A DNA stretch of 64,000 nucleotides from an uncultured Candidatus Saccharibacteria bacterium. Lineage in GTDB: Bacteria > Patescibacteriota > Minisyncoccia > Phycocordibacterales > EsbW-18. The position numbers and the translations under genes are program-made. The notes under the pieces were generated by a model. That model ran no database searches. It was not told the origin of the DNA and saw only the letters and a program-made list of their open reading frames with translations. This document shows positions 44,700 to 53,590 of the stretch, piece by piece. Position 1 is the stretch's first letter. Each line of letters opens with the position of its first letter. Location: positions 33,735-97,734 of the forward strand of contig CAYUSN010000001.1 in NCBI GenBank assembly GCA_964447415.1, in the 5' to 3' direction.

Positions 44700-45365
44700 T
44701 TATTTGACCGCCGACAATGCAATCGGTTTTTCTGAATCGCCCGGGTTGAACAGTTTGTAGTAGAGCTCCACGAGCTCCTCGGTCTGCAGTTGCACCGCGC
44801 GGATACCCGCGCGCGAGAGGTTTTGCGACACGACGGCGACACGTTGTTCAAGCTGACTACGGTGTTCCTCAAACGCAATTATTTTCTGTTCGGGATTTTC
44901 TTTACCTTTACCGAATCCGCCGAGTACACCTCCTAACGCCCCCTTCACTCCCCCTTTTGCCGCAGACACAACAGCCGGTGAGTACGGAACAACGACAAAA
45001 AAGCTTTTTGACATGATGTTGACGTTTTCCGTGAAGCCTTTGACGAACTCGATGTATTCACGCGTCTGAATTTTAATGAGTTCGATCGTTTGTTCTTTAA
45101 TCTGGTTTTCCAGAAGCGCAATATACGGTCGAATGTCTAACTCACGGGATTGAATGAAAATCTGCGTCGGAAACTCGATGGAATTCAGCAGGTTCTGAAA
45201 CTGCATAATAATAGCCGCTTGCTCGTCTTCTGACTTGAGCGCAAAGTTAAGGGAACTGCACAACAGCACCGCGCGCATGGAGCCGTCCTTGAGAATGACG
45301 ATGCCGCTGCGGATTTCTTTGATGGGGACGAATACCTGCGCACTCTGCGCTTTTTGTTGCGCCAT
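44700..45365 (-). CDS. T4SS-associated conserved hypothetical protein
   Basis: 221 aa, no TM; Gly-rich 'AKGGVKGALGGVLGGFGKGK' segment; lies between the VirB3-like and VirB4 genes. Confidence 0.35.
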   Translation of the reverse strand: MAQQKAQSAQVFVPIKEIRSGIVILKDGSMRAVLLCSSLNFALKSEDEQAAIIMQFQNLLNSIEFPTQIFIQSRELDIRPYIALLENQIKEQTIELIKIQTREYIEFVKGFTENVNIMSKSFFVVVPYSPAVVSAAKGGVKGALGGVLGGFGKGKENPEQKIIAFEEHRSQLEQRVAVVSQNLSRAGIRAVQLQTEELVELYYKLFNPGDSEKPIALSAVK

Positions 45366-45443
45366 ATATCGTATGGTAGCGGAAAAAAGGGATTTCGTCA
45401 GCCTGTATAAGTGAATTGCGGGGTTTCTGTGAGGCGCGGATGT

Positions 45444-45857
45444 TTACTCCTGCTCGCTGTACAGTGAATCATGCACGTCGAGGCTCCACGCAAGGTCGCG
45501 GAGCTTGGAGTCGGAGAGCCGGGGGACGGTGACGCCGATATCCTGCGTCTCAGACACCCCCTTCTTTTCGGCTTTTCTCGGCTCCTTTTTCCAGATATAG
45601 AGTTTGCTTGAAAGAAGAAAACGAAAAGCCGACTCGAGAAAAAAAACGAACGGTTTCTCATTTACTTTATAGAACGCAAGCGCCACCGCGAGCCCGGCGA
45701 CTGCCAGAATAAGCGGCACCCCGATGATTTTCGGGACAAACACCCAAATCACGACGGCAAGACCCGCTCCGCCGGCGAGGTAGATGAACTGTTTGAACGT
45801 GAAAGGTCCGAACACCTTGTCTTCAACGTCGATGAACTGCGGTACTTCAAATTTCAT
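45444..45857 (-). CDS. VirB3/PrgI-like small membrane protein
   Basis: 137 aa; 'MKFEVPQFIDVEDKVFGPFTFKQFIYLAGGAGLAVVIWVF...' followed by two TM helices, as in PrgI/VirB3 proteins upstream of VirB4. Confidence 0.45.
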   Translation of the reverse strand: MKFEVPQFIDVEDKVFGPFTFKQFIYLAGGAGLAVVIWVFVPKIIGVPLILAVAGLAVALAFYKVNEKPFVFFLESAFRFLLSSKLYIWKKEPRKAEKKGVSETQDIGVTVPRLSDSKLRDLAWSLDVHDSLYSEQE

Positions 45858-45978
45858 CCCGTTAGAGATAAGAAACGCGGGGCGTTTCCATCGTTATCAC
45901 ACCTTCGTGTGCACACGAACAATATGTCGACGTTTTTTGAATGGCAGGCACGAACATACAAAGGTAATCTCTAACGGG
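45858..45978. promoter_or_regulatory. structured leader: 12-bp perfect inverted repeat bracketing 97 nt and abutting the start codon, plus a 12-bp perfect palindrome
   Basis: CCCGTTAGAGAT (45858-45869) / ATCTCTAACGGG (45967-45978); CGTGTGCACACG at 45906-45917. Confidence 0.4.
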
Positions 45979-45986
45979 ATTCATGG

Positions 45987-46604
45987 CTATTTTATCGGTT
46001 CTCGGTACGGGTCAACGCCGGTGTGAGCTGGTTTTGTTGGTGGTGTCTGCGTCGGTGTCTCGCCGATACTGGTTGTTTCCGCGGGCATACGAAATACTCC
46101 CTCCATTTTTTCTTTTGCGAAGCTCATATCTGATGTGGTGGTTGTGTTTTTTTGCGCCGCAGGCTGTGCGACAGGTTGCTGTGGCGTCGTCTGTGCCGGC
46201 GCCTGTTTTTGCGGAAGAATACCTGCAGCGGGCGGCTGGGATTCGGTTGCAACACGCTCCTCACCGCTAAATTGTTTCTCACTTTTTTCAAGAAACTCAG
46301 TAAGATCGTGTCGGATTTTTTCGAATACATCCTTATTGATGTCTGTGACTATGGCAGATGCGGTACTCGGTGGTATGTGCCCCTGTCGTATGAGGTTGTT
46401 CATAAACGTCGAGGGGCTTTCCAAACCGAGCATGATAAGCATCACCTCCTCTTCAAGTACACCCCCCTGGTCGACGCGTAGCTGGTGTTTGGCGGCAAGT
46501 GCCTGTACATATTTGGACGAGTCAATGTGCAGGAGCGCCTCGCGCACCCGGGGCGGCATGATGGCGAGCTGTTTTTTGATGATGTCTTGTGGTGTCGAGC
46601 TCAT
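45987..46604 (-). CDS. hypothetical soluble protein (T4SS operon)
   Basis: 205 aa; Q/P/T-rich middle region. Confidence 0.35.
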   Translation of the reverse strand: MSSTPQDIIKKQLAIMPPRVREALLHIDSSKYVQALAAKHQLRVDQGGVLEEEVMLIMLGLESPSTFMNNLIRQGHIPPSTASAIVTDINKDVFEKIRHDLTEFLEKSEKQFSGEERVATESQPPAAGILPQKQAPAQTTPQQPVAQPAAQKNTTTTSDMSFAKEKMEGVFRMPAETTSIGETPTQTPPTKPAHTGVDPYREPIK

Positions 46605-46610
46605 GGTTGT

Positions 46611-48794
46611 TTATGGTCCGGGTGGGGTCGGTGTGGCTGGTGGTGTCGCCGGAGTTGCGGGTGCGGTGGGAGCTGCGGGTGTCCCTCCGGTCGTCTGTTG
46701 TGGCGGAGTTAATTCGGATTCCTGTTGTTTCATAACGTCCAGGATTTGTTTTGCGAGAGCCTCCTCGGGTTTTTCTTTGCTTTTTCTGAGCGTGTCGCCT
46801 GCCTGCCGCGTGGATGTAAAGGCTCCGGTGGAAAGCGTTTCTCCGTATGCGCGCTGCGAACCGGATGTCTGACCGGAAGCCTGCTTCACTATTTTGGAGA
46901 GATCTCCCATGGCGGTTATGTACGACCTGATACTACCACCCAATCCGTCACGGTATGCATTCAATCCCCGCTCCGCATTGTCCGCCTTATCCTCGAGTGT
47001 TTTTCGTTTAGCAGAGTCTAGTTCGAGTTTTGCGCTTTGACGAAGGGCTTTTATGTAATCCCCCCGTTCGTTTATTACCTTCATTGCGGCATCGGCCTCC
47101 TTTCTTTGTGCGTTTGTAAGCTGTGCACTGGCTTTCGCGAGCGCTTCTCGTTCATCCGAGCCTTTTCCTTGAAGCTCACGAAGTGCGCCTTGTGCCCTTT
47201 CAAGATCAGCTACTGCGTCATCGCGTTTCTTTCGAGCCGCTTCGCGCTCTTTTTCAGATCCGGACAGTGCGTCCACAGAGGTCCATTCATCTCGGGCTGT
47301 TGCCAGCGCTCTTTTCTTTTCCTCTATCTCCTTCTTCTGGTCCGCGATTGCCATTGCAGGCGCGTATTTCTTTCCCCGCTCCTCCAGTTTTTCTGTCCGT
47401 GCCTTGCGCGCACCCACTAAACCACCCTTATTACTAGCCTCTCCAAAATCACCGCCCACACTTTTGATACCCCGTGCATCAAATGTTGAGGTTTTTAGCC
47501 TGTCACCACCGAGAAGAAGACCTTTGGCAAGAGAGCCCGAGAAGCCACCGCTCTTTGCCTGTTCTCCAAGCCACGAGGATTGCGACATTCTTTCCCCGAC
47601 CCGCCCAAGCGTGTTTCGTCCTAGCGCCGCGGCACCACCAAACGCTGCCTTGCCGGTCCACTTTGCAACCGCATTACCGGACATGTTTGCCGTCTGCTTT
47701 GATGCGACAAGGGCGACAATTAAAAGTCCGATGACAATGACATACTGAACAACAACTGATACGAGATTTGCAAGTGCGGCTCCGGCCCCGCCTCCTGTAG
47801 CGAGTATTGCTCCTTGCACACCCTCCTTAAAGCCCGGGTCGTTAATCACCAACACAACGACTAATATAAGCACAAAGAACACCGGTGCAAATGTTGCCTG
47901 GTCGGCAAGTGTTTTCCACCATTTTTCCGAGTGTTTTTTCAGTTGTGGGAGCAATTCTCCGATAAAGGCAATGGGGGACGTTATCATCAAGATGATAAAC
48001 ATTACAAACCGCACCAAAAGCATGACCGCCATTACAAACAAAACGAATGCCGCAACGAGTATGGTGACGATTCCCAACAGTGTGCTAAAGAGAGCGTACA
48101 CCCCCGCACTGACCCCCGTGAAGGCGGATGCGCCGCCCTCAAGTGCAGCACCGAGTTTGCCCTCATCACCGATGATGCGCGTCAAACTCAACCCGTTCAT
48201 TATTGAGGTTGTCAGTCCGGTTGTGGGGATGACACCAAAAAGCTTCTGCCCGCCCCCCCGTTGTTTGATGTTTGCCGCGGCTTTATAGAACTCATAGGCG
48301 GTGAGGTTGGATACATCAATGACCACCTTTGTAAACATCAAACTGAAGTTGATGAGCAGTGCGGCGATGATGATTTTCGGAATAAGTGATTTGTTGTACG
48401 GACCGCTTCCCCACGAACCCAAGATGATGTTGATGGAGACAAGGAGGAGCACGAACACGAACAAAATATTGGCGACATCACGTATAGCACGCCACGCGAG
48501 ATTAATTGCTTGGATGCCGGTATACCCCGGCTGCCCACCCTCTATTATCAGGCGCATTTTTACGATGGTAATGTCGATGACAAGCTCAAGAACAAAGGCG
48601 GCAAGCGCAAGAAAAAGACCGAACGCCTGAAGGACCATGTTGAGAAGAAGTGTCACTCCGTCCACAAAGGCGTTCCCTGCCCAAGAAAATGGGTCCCACC
48701 ATTCGGCGGATACGGTTTGGGGAAGAAGTAAAAAGGCGGACACAAAAAGCACCGGCAGCAGAAACTTCAGATTTTTTTTGAACCACGTGTACAT
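46611..48794 (-). CDS. VirB6/TrbL-like polytopic membrane protein with long charged coiled-coil C-terminal region and P/T-rich tail
   Basis: 727 aa; signal peptide, >=6 TM segments, then ~300 aa of coiled-coil-like K/E/A-rich sequence ending in PATPATPPATPTPPGP. Confidence 0.5.
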   Translation of the reverse strand: MYTWFKKNLKFLLPVLFVSAFLLLPQTVSAEWWDPFSWAGNAFVDGVTLLLNMVLQAFGLFLALAAFVLELVIDITIVKMRLIIEGGQPGYTGIQAINLAWRAIRDVANILFVFVLLLVSINIILGSWGSGPYNKSLIPKIIIAALLINFSLMFTKVVIDVSNLTAYEFYKAAANIKQRGGGQKLFGVIPTTGLTTSIMNGLSLTRIIGDEGKLGAALEGGASAFTGVSAGVYALFSTLLGIVTILVAAFVLFVMAVMLLVRFVMFIILMITSPIAFIGELLPQLKKHSEKWWKTLADQATFAPVFFVLILVVVLVINDPGFKEGVQGAILATGGGAGAALANLVSVVVQYVIVIGLLIVALVASKQTANMSGNAVAKWTGKAAFGGAAALGRNTLGRVGERMSQSSWLGEQAKSGGFSGSLAKGLLLGGDRLKTSTFDARGIKSVGGDFGEASNKGGLVGARKARTEKLEERGKKYAPAMAIADQKKEIEEKKRALATARDEWTSVDALSGSEKEREAARKKRDDAVADLERAQGALRELQGKGSDEREALAKASAQLTNAQRKEADAAMKVINERGDYIKALRQSAKLELDSAKRKTLEDKADNAERGLNAYRDGLGGSIRSYITAMGDLSKIVKQASGQTSGSQRAYGETLSTGAFTSTRQAGDTLRKSKEKPEEALAKQILDVMKQQESELTPPQQTTGGTPAAPTAPATPATPPATPTPPGP

Positions 48795-48803
48795 AAACTA
48801 ATG

Positions 48804-50537
48804 CTACGGCTCAAACTCGACGGAAATATTGTTCCACCTCCAACCGTCTGTGTTGCCCTCATTTCCTTCAGCGCTTCCATATGCGCCGAGTTGGAGGAAG
48901 TACCCTGTCTGGCCTTTAGAATTCGTGCTTGAAATAAATTCAGCAGTTGGGCTGAGATTGATGCGCACCACCTGGCTGCCGCCTTGGCGTACGATAACCT
49001 CGGCACGACCTGCCGCAGGCTCGTAGTCGACCTCAAATGTGTATGTCTGACCGGTCTGGAGCCCGAAGTTCTGTGACTTTTGGTTTGAGTTGTCTACCAC
49101 ACAGCTGTCTAGTTGTGTGACGGCGCGTACTTTATCGGGGCTGTCCTGCACAGCGGTTACCTCTATGATACGGTTTGCACCACCGGCCCAATCGATACTG
49201 CCGCGGTTTAACCACAAGACGTTGTACTGCGTTCCGGGCCCGTTCCACTCTCCTACTGTAAGGTCAAGGGAAATCACGATACGCCTGTAATCGCCCCAGC
49301 GTTTGCCTGCAGGAAGCGGTAGGTTTTCACCGAAGTAGTCGTTTACCGTAGCCGACGTGTAGGTGATGCTTGATCCGGGTGTGCCCGATGTCGGGTTTGT
49401 TGGTGTGCACTGACCGCCACCCCCGCCATCATCATCTCCCCAGATGCCGCCGGTATCAACGAGCGGGTCGTCGAAGTCTGTCTCATAGTCGTAGCCGGTG
49501 AGGCCCTCATCTTTCGTAAGAATGTCGGTAAGGAGGTAGACCGCGACCAAGCTGATGATTTCATTGATTTCATCTGCCGCGACGATTGAATCAAGTTTTA
49601 TCCCGAACGATTTTTCAAGACTTGTTTTAATAGTGTCTCCCGGTGTGATGACCTGTGCCGGGTCACAGTAACTGTAGTAATCTTCGTGCACGGTGCCGTC
49701 CTCCTCCACCCAATCCTCTGTGTAGCAGTTTTGCACTTCCTTGCTCAGGAAGCCGTTGGCAAAATCAAGCTTCCATTTTGATTCATCAGCTTTTTCGGCA
49801 ACAACTTTGTTGAGCTCCTCTACGGTTTCAAGATATGCGCCGTACGGAGTGTTGTACGGGTTTGCCGCCATTTCTATCCACGCCTCCCACCCACCCGCAT
49901 AGAAATCTCCGCCAAGGAATGCGTCGACATCGACGCCCGCCATTTGGGAGAGCGTACAGCTTGTCAGACCGCTTCCTCCGTAGCCGCCGTATCCTCCGCT
50001 ACGCCCGGACAGTCCTTGGTAGTATTGCGTGAGCGCAAGTTGGATTTGGGCGCGAAACGGTGAACAGAGAAATCCGCCGCCGATGTTTTGTATGTAGGTG
50101 CCCGCGGCCTGGTCGGCGATACCGGTAAGGTATTGGGTGATGTTTTGCACGAACGACGGGTTGCCGCCGTACCCCTTCTGTGACCAGCCCACTGCCTGTC
50201 CGGTGACGAGTTCAAGAAGCGCGTTTTTTGTCGCTGACACAAGACAGTCCTCAATCATGTCCTTTACGGCGCTTGCCCAGTCAGTGACCGGCACTTGCGT
50301 GAGCGCAAAACCGAGCACTGCGCTTATAACAAACTGGATAAGTGCGGCTTCGGCACATTGCTCAGCGTATTTTTCGAATAGTTCATCAAAGGACGGTCCG
50401 TCGTAATACGTCTGTTCTTCCTCTTGTGCGTATGCTTGCGGCACATATGCGGCGGAGAAAAATCCAGTACAGAAAACCGCAAGGAGCAGCGAAGCGGCTA
50501 TTTTTTGGAGTGTGCGTGATTGAAATAAAAAAATCAT
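48804..50537 (-). CDS. large secreted protein (577 aa), hypothetical; G-rich segment and beta-rich C-terminal half
   Basis: Signal peptide; 'GGYGGYGGSG'; 'DDDGGGGGQCTP'. Confidence 0.4.
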   Translation of the reverse strand: MIFLFQSRTLQKIAASLLLAVFCTGFFSAAYVPQAYAQEEEQTYYDGPSFDELFEKYAEQCAEAALIQFVISAVLGFALTQVPVTDWASAVKDMIEDCLVSATKNALLELVTGQAVGWSQKGYGGNPSFVQNITQYLTGIADQAAGTYIQNIGGGFLCSPFRAQIQLALTQYYQGLSGRSGGYGGYGGSGLTSCTLSQMAGVDVDAFLGGDFYAGGWEAWIEMAANPYNTPYGAYLETVEELNKVVAEKADESKWKLDFANGFLSKEVQNCYTEDWVEEDGTVHEDYYSYCDPAQVITPGDTIKTSLEKSFGIKLDSIVAADEINEIISLVAVYLLTDILTKDEGLTGYDYETDFDDPLVDTGGIWGDDDGGGGGQCTPTNPTSGTPGSSITYTSATVNDYFGENLPLPAGKRWGDYRRIVISLDLTVGEWNGPGTQYNVLWLNRGSIDWAGGANRIIEVTAVQDSPDKVRAVTQLDSCVVDNSNQKSQNFGLQTGQTYTFEVDYEPAAGRAEVIVRQGGSQVVRINLSPTAEFISSTNSKGQTGYFLQLGAYGSAEGNEGNTDGWRWNNISVEFEP

Positions 50538-51538
50538 GAGGATGGTGCGGCGGGGTTTATAAGCAGATACCCGGGTTCCGTTTTGGAGAACGTAATATCC
50601 GCGTTTTCAAACACAGTGCGCAACGCCCTGAACGCTTCCCCGCGCCGAGTCGTGCTTTCATTATAGGTTGTGAACACAGAAAGTGCGAGAAGCGGATCTT
50701 CGGTGAAACTGTGGAAATCATTTACCGTGCTTCGTACCAGCGAAAGCGCGTTGATGATGCCGAGATGTGCAGAAACGATATTTTTTGGGACGCTTATTTG
50801 AAGCAATCCGGCGAGTACATAGTCGTATTGTGCGATGACCTCTTTGAGATCCCGGAGGAATGTTGTTTCGTCTCCTGTCTGCATGAATGACACCAACACA
50901 ATAAGTTCATTCTTCACCTCGTCACCTTCAGGGACCGAGAGCAGTGCACCGACATCGTTTCCGTATTCCCGAAGCGCCTTCTCGTCTGATTGTGCTGAGG
51001 CGCGTACATCAGACAGCGAGTACACCCGCGGTGCCGTTTGCTCGGGCGGGTCGTATGCCGGGATGCTTTGTACGATTGCAAGTGCATCGTCTTTTGAGAG
51101 CGGTTGTCCTGATTGTTTGAGCGCCAGGTAGTTGGAAAGCAAAAGCCCCGAGACCTGTTCGGTGTACGAAAGGGATTCCCAGTTCGGGTCATCTGTCGGG
51201 TCAATAAGCTTTGCAAATTCCTGTTGTCGGGTCAGCGCCGTGTTTTGTGCCTCCTGTTTTTCAGTGGCGTCTGAAATACCGTCTCCGTCGGTGTCAGGAT
51301 TGTTCGGGTCAAAGCCCCACAACATCTCCTCCCAGTTTTTGAGGCCGTCTCCGTCGGTATCAAGTTCTTCCGTGTAGGTTTTTTCGGTGCCGGTTACCGT
51401 AATGTCGGGCTCGTCCGTCCCTGGTGCCTTTGAATCACTTCGTATAAGCCATGTGGCGGCGACAATTGCGATGACAACAATGGCGAGTGCGACAACTTTA
51501 CTGCTTGGTTTGGTTTGTTCCATGTGCATACACCCCAA
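50534..51538 (-). CDS. membrane-anchored protein with thrombospondin-type-3-like Ca-binding repeats (first gene of operon)
   Basis: N-terminal TM; '[12 protein letters not shown]' and '[12 protein letters not shown]' DxDxDG repeats. Confidence 0.4.
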   Translation of the reverse strand: MGCMHMEQTKPSSKVVALAIVVIAIVAATWLIRSDSKAPGTDEPDITVTGTEKTYTEELDTDGDGLKNWEEMLWGFDPNNPDTDGDGISDATEKQEAQNTALTRQQEFAKLIDPTDDPNWESLSYTEQVSGLLLSNYLALKQSGQPLSKDDALAIVQSIPAYDPPEQTAPRVYSLSDVRASAQSDEKALREYGNDVGALLSVPEGDEVKNELIVLVSFMQTGDETTFLRDLKEVIAQYDYVLAGLLQISVPKNIVSAHLGIINALSLVRSTVNDFHSFTEDPLLALSVFTTYNESTTRRGEAFRALRTVFENADITFSKTEPGYLLINPAAPSS

Positions 51539-51586
51539 CCCGCACGCGCGGGTTCTTTATGTTGTATTTTACGTTATACTGTCTGC

Positions 51587-52303
51587 ATGCGCACCTATTT
51601 TTTGGGATATCTGGGTATATCCAGCACTAATGCATTAGTGCTGGATATAGCTGTTCTGTTCCTTTTTTTCCCACTGTTTGCCTTTGCCGCGACTTTTTCG
51701 CGCGACCTTACGTTGGGCGACAGCGGACAGGATGTGCTTGAACTGCAGAAAATTTTTAATGCGGATGAACGAACGCGCGTTGCCGTGTCCGGGCCGGGTT
51801 CTCCCGGAAACGAGACGGTATATTTCGGCGTTTTGACGGCGGACGCCGTACGGCGATACCAGGAGCTCTACGCCCCAGAAATCCTTATTCCGCTTGGTCT
51901 TTCGGTCGGGACGGGGTATTTCGGGCAATCCACGCGTTTGCACATGGCAGGGGCGCCGAAGCCGTTTGATAACATAAAAAAAGAGCCGGAGAAGATTGGC
52001 AGACCGAAGATTGACAGTATTACTCCTCAGAAAGGCGGTGTGGGAACGAAGGTGACGATTTACGGAAGCGGTTTTTCTGCGACAGGCAATAACGTTGTTT
52101 CCGCCCTTGAAGTGTTTCGTGATATTCCGTCACCGGACGGACGAACCCTCGAAATCACGATTAAGGGGCCGTTTCCCGAAGAGTTTCTTGAAAAAAACAG
52201 GGAATTCTATCAGAAATACAAGCCGGAGATGGAGTATACTATTGGGGTAAAAAACGATTATGGTGAGAGCAACTTCGGTTCCTTTATTTTCACTTTTTAC
52301 TAA
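51587..52303 (+). CDS. secreted peptidoglycan-binding-domain (PG_binding_1-like) + IPT/TIG-like domain protein
   Basis: '[18 protein letters not shown]...[12 protein letters not shown]' PGBD pattern; '[24 protein letters not shown]' IPT-like. Confidence 0.5.
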   Translation: MRTYFLGYLGISSTNALVLDIAVLFLFFPLFAFAATFSRDLTLGDSGQDVLELQKIFNADERTRVAVSGPGSPGNETVYFGVLTADAVRRYQELYAPEILIPLGLSVGTGYFGQSTRLHMAGAPKPFDNIKKEPEKIGRPKIDSITPQKGGVGTKVTIYGSGFSATGNNVVSALEVFRDIPSPDGRTLEITIKGPFPEEFLEKNREFYQKYKPEMEYTIGVKNDYGESNFGSFIFTFY

Positions 52304-52305
52304 CC

Positions 52306-52818
52306 ATGACCACGCGCACATTTCTTCCTCGTTTCGCCGGTTTTCTATTTTTGTGTGCGGTCGCGGTGCTTCTCGGGTTTTTACCGTCGAGTCCGCTCCC
52401 TGCTGAAAAGGCTGAGGCGCAATTAAACTATCTGGTGCCCTTCGGGGGGGAGCTTGTGTATACCGATTACACAACCTGCAGTTGTGGATTCATTATTTTT
52501 ACCATCAATGACGTTTCGACGAATCGAGAGCATCGGGTCATATGGTTTTATTTTCTGCAATTCCTCAGCGATATCGGTCTGGATTTCGGTATTTTTGAAG
52601 GTTTAATACCGCGTGTGTATTTATATTGTATCGGCCCCAAATGGGCAACCGGCTCATGCTTCTGGGGCAACCCGAATACCGTCGGAAATTATTTCCCGTA
52701 TGAGGGTGCAACCTGTTGGATGATTAACCCTGAGTTGACACCTCCGTGCGTTCCTGTGGAAGGGGCGGGGGACGGGTATCTCATCGGTATGGGAACCTCA
52801 GCGTTTGATGCGTTCTAA
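52306..52818 (+). CDS. secreted Cys/aromatic-rich hypothetical protein
   Basis: Signal peptide; 170 aa. Confidence 0.35.
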   Translation: MTTRTFLPRFAGFLFLCAVAVLLGFLPSSPLPAEKAEAQLNYLVPFGGELVYTDYTTCSCGFIIFTINDVSTNREHRVIWFYFLQFLSDIGLDFGIFEGLIPRVYLYCIGPKWATGSCFWGNPNTVGNYFPYEGATCWMINPELTPPCVPVEGAGDGYLIGMGTSAFDAF

Positions 52819-53589
52819 CTCAAGCCAGTCGGACAGGGACAATTCCTCCGCACGGGCGCTCTGTGAGTGTCCGCGCTTTGCAAGAAACACTTCGAGTGTT
52901 TCTTTTGTAAAATGAGATGAGAGATTTGAGGGGAGTACTTTTCGTTTGTGCGCAAATCCGGCTTTCACGATTTCAAAAAATCTTTTTTCAGAGACGCTTG
53001 TAAAATTATTTTTTGAAATGTTGTCGATGAGAAGCACGGCGGAATCCACTTTCGGCGCTGGAGAGAAATATTTTTTGGAAACACTCGTCACCAGCTTCGG
53101 CGTACCGTACGCTTTCACGGAAATCGAGAGAATACTTTCTTTTCCGTCGCGCGCAACAATACGTTGTGCGACTTCTTTTTGCACTAACAGCACTGCACAC
53201 GACGGCGGATGTATATGTGAGAGAAACTTCTCCAAAATTTCTCCGGTGATGTAGTACGGAATGTTGGCGACGAGTTTGTATCCGCCGTGCAGTACGTCGT
53301 GTTCCGCCGGAGTGAACCGCAATACATCATCTTCAATGAGTGTAAGGTGGTGTGACGAGATTTCTTTTTTAAATTTTTCCTGCAACAGCGGCAGCAGTTC
53401 GCGGTCTTTCTCAACAGCAACAACCCGTGCACCCGCGGACAACAACGCTTCGGTGAGAACTCCCTTCCCCGGTCCGATTTCAAGTACGACATCACCGCCG
53501 TTGATACGCGCCGAATCAATCATCCGCGCGACGACTATTTTTGACTTCAGAAAATTCTGCCCCAGAGATTTTTTCGGTCGGTGTCTCAT
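52798..53589 (-). CDS. rsmA: 16S rRNA (adenine1518/1519-N6) dimethyltransferase RsmA/KsgA
   Basis: 'KKSLGQNFL' N-terminus, 'VLEIGPGKGVLT' SAM motif, and 'NIPYYIT'. Confidence 0.85.
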   Translation of the reverse strand: MRHRPKKSLGQNFLKSKIVVARMIDSARINGGDVVLEIGPGKGVLTEALLSAGARVVAVEKDRELLPLLQEKFKKEISSHHLTLIEDDVLRFTPAEHDVLHGGYKLVANIPYYITGEILEKFLSHIHPPSCAVLLVQKEVAQRIVARDGKESILSISVKAYGTPKLVTSVSKKYFSPAPKVDSAVLLIDNISKNNFTSVSEKRFFEIVKAGFAHKRKVLPSNLSSHFTKETLEVFLAKRGHSQSARAEELSLSDWLELERIKR

Positions 53590-53590
53590 A

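Noticed and set aside
44700-45365. Separately encoded VirB4 N-terminal domain.
   Set aside because: The adjacent 646-aa VirB4 already contains an N-terminal domain with VirB4-N-like motifs. It is left as a T4SS-associated hypothetical.
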